64,000 nucleotides of DNA from Azolla caroliniana (taxonomy: Eukaryota; Plantae; Polypodiophyta), in contig JBHGNT010000010.1 in the NCBI GenBank assembly GCA_043228905.1, positions 6,572,001 through 6,636,000 of the forward strand, read 5' to 3'. A program made the position numbers and the translations under genes. This document shows positions 62,759 to 64,000 of this stretch, piece by piece (position 1 is the first letter of the stretch; every line of letters begins with the position of its first letter). The notes below the pieces were generated by a model that made no database searches, was not told where the DNA came from, and worked only from the letters and a program-made list of their open reading frames with translations.

Positions 62759-64000
62759 TGTTGAGTGGACAAGCTCAACAGGATCCGGATTGGCTAAATA
62801 AGCCAGAGCCGGATCGGAGTCTGGAACAAAGAACCGATCGGGGTCTGGATTGGTATCCAAAACCAGAAACCGGATCAGAGAGACAGATCGGATTGTAACC
62901 GGTAGGCCGTGAGAGTCCTACGAATCTAGCTTAGTACATATGCATATTTTTGGGAGTTTGTGATAGTAGCTCGTATGAGCATTGAAGTACCTTTCAGTAC
63001 TTCTGTTAGTCCTTTCATGGACTTGTATAAAAGTGCTCACTGAGCACATTGTATGTACAGAGTGTTATTATTTTGAATTGAGTTGATGCTTTCTGCTCTC
63101 TCTGTCTCTCCTATTTATTCTCTACTCTTAAGCTTCCATTAAACCTTCATCCTCTGTTTTTTCCATTGCTATCCGGATAAACCGGTTTGTCAAATCTTTC
63201 GCACATTAACTTTGACATGGTATCAAAGCGCGAGGGTTGATAACCTCCCAGTCGAGGGGCATTTACTGAAGACAAACCCTAACACCCGATAAAGAACAGA
63301 AGATGGACAGAGATATGGCAAGCTCGCTTCCAACAGCGAAGCTTGATAAACACAACTATGCATCTTGGTCATACAAGATGCACCAGTATCTGCTCAGACA
63401 TTGATATTGGAGTTATGTTGACGGTGAGAATGAAATAGTGCTGGAGTCGTCACAAAAGGAGTTCCAGGCATGGGAACAAGGAGTAAGGAGAGTTCTATAT
63501 TGCCTTGCGTCCTTTGTGCACAACTAGATGATCGGCTACATTAGAGATGCTACGACGCCGAAACTGGCCTAGATAAATCTGAAAAAGATTTCACCGCGAG
63601 TACCTCAGCCTGGAAGCTACAACTTCAACAACAATCGAACAATATCCGACAAAAGGATATGTAAGTTTCATACTACACCGCTAAGATAAAGGAGATTTGT
63701 GATGCATTAGGGTCCATTGATATCACGATAGACGAGGATGAAATGGTGCAAATCTACCTCGTTGGTCTGGCTCAAAGGTACGGGCCCATTCGGACTGCTA
63801 TCCTCACCCAGGAGAAACCACTGTCCTTTTTTGACCTGCAATCAATGCTGATGGTCGAAGAAAACCATGCAAGTGGGTCAAGGACCACCCAATCAAACAG
63901 TTGGATGTTGTACACAGAGGCGGCTCATCCCCGTGGACATGGAGGACGAGATGGGTTGGCACGCAATGGATGCGGTCGACAAGAGCAGAACCGGAGGCAC
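62759..64000 (+). mobile_element. Copia element J (5' LTR 62759-63217, PBS, gag), running off the window
   Basis: TGTTGAG..TGACA followed by TGGTATCAAAGC; gag MDRDMASSLPTAKLDKHNYASW. Confidence 0.9.

Overview
This 64-kb window is entirely eukaryotic transposable-element DNA. I found no host gene. It most likely comes from a non-seed land plant (bryophyte, lycophyte or fern); this is an inference from Tcn1-like chromoviruses, RTEX-like LINEs, Tnt1/Tork-like Copia elements and abundant C-to-T-derived stops. It is a deep nest of about 20 LTR retrotransposons and LINEs. Six insertions have both LTRs and 5-bp target-site duplications: 3864-9270, 11644-22080, 12390-16766, 24268-41604, 34826-40576 and 47472-53189. 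Four cis-acting signals stand out. (1) An LTR element (24268-41604) has no polypurine tract; instead a tRNA-type primer-binding site faces inward from both LTRs, and the element carries an unknown antisense ORF, suggesting both cDNA strands may be tRNA-primed. (2) In an RTEX-like LINE, the ORF2 start region is complementary (18 nt) to its own covarying 3' stem-loop. (3) Two chromovirus copies share a G_UUA_AAC -1 frameshift site and a conserved pseudoknot, and one shows Tf1-style self-priming. (4) A Copia family has a hairpin enclosing the PPT and duplicated PPTs. All coordinates, alignments and pairings were read by eye, and lineage assignments come from motif recognition, not database searches.
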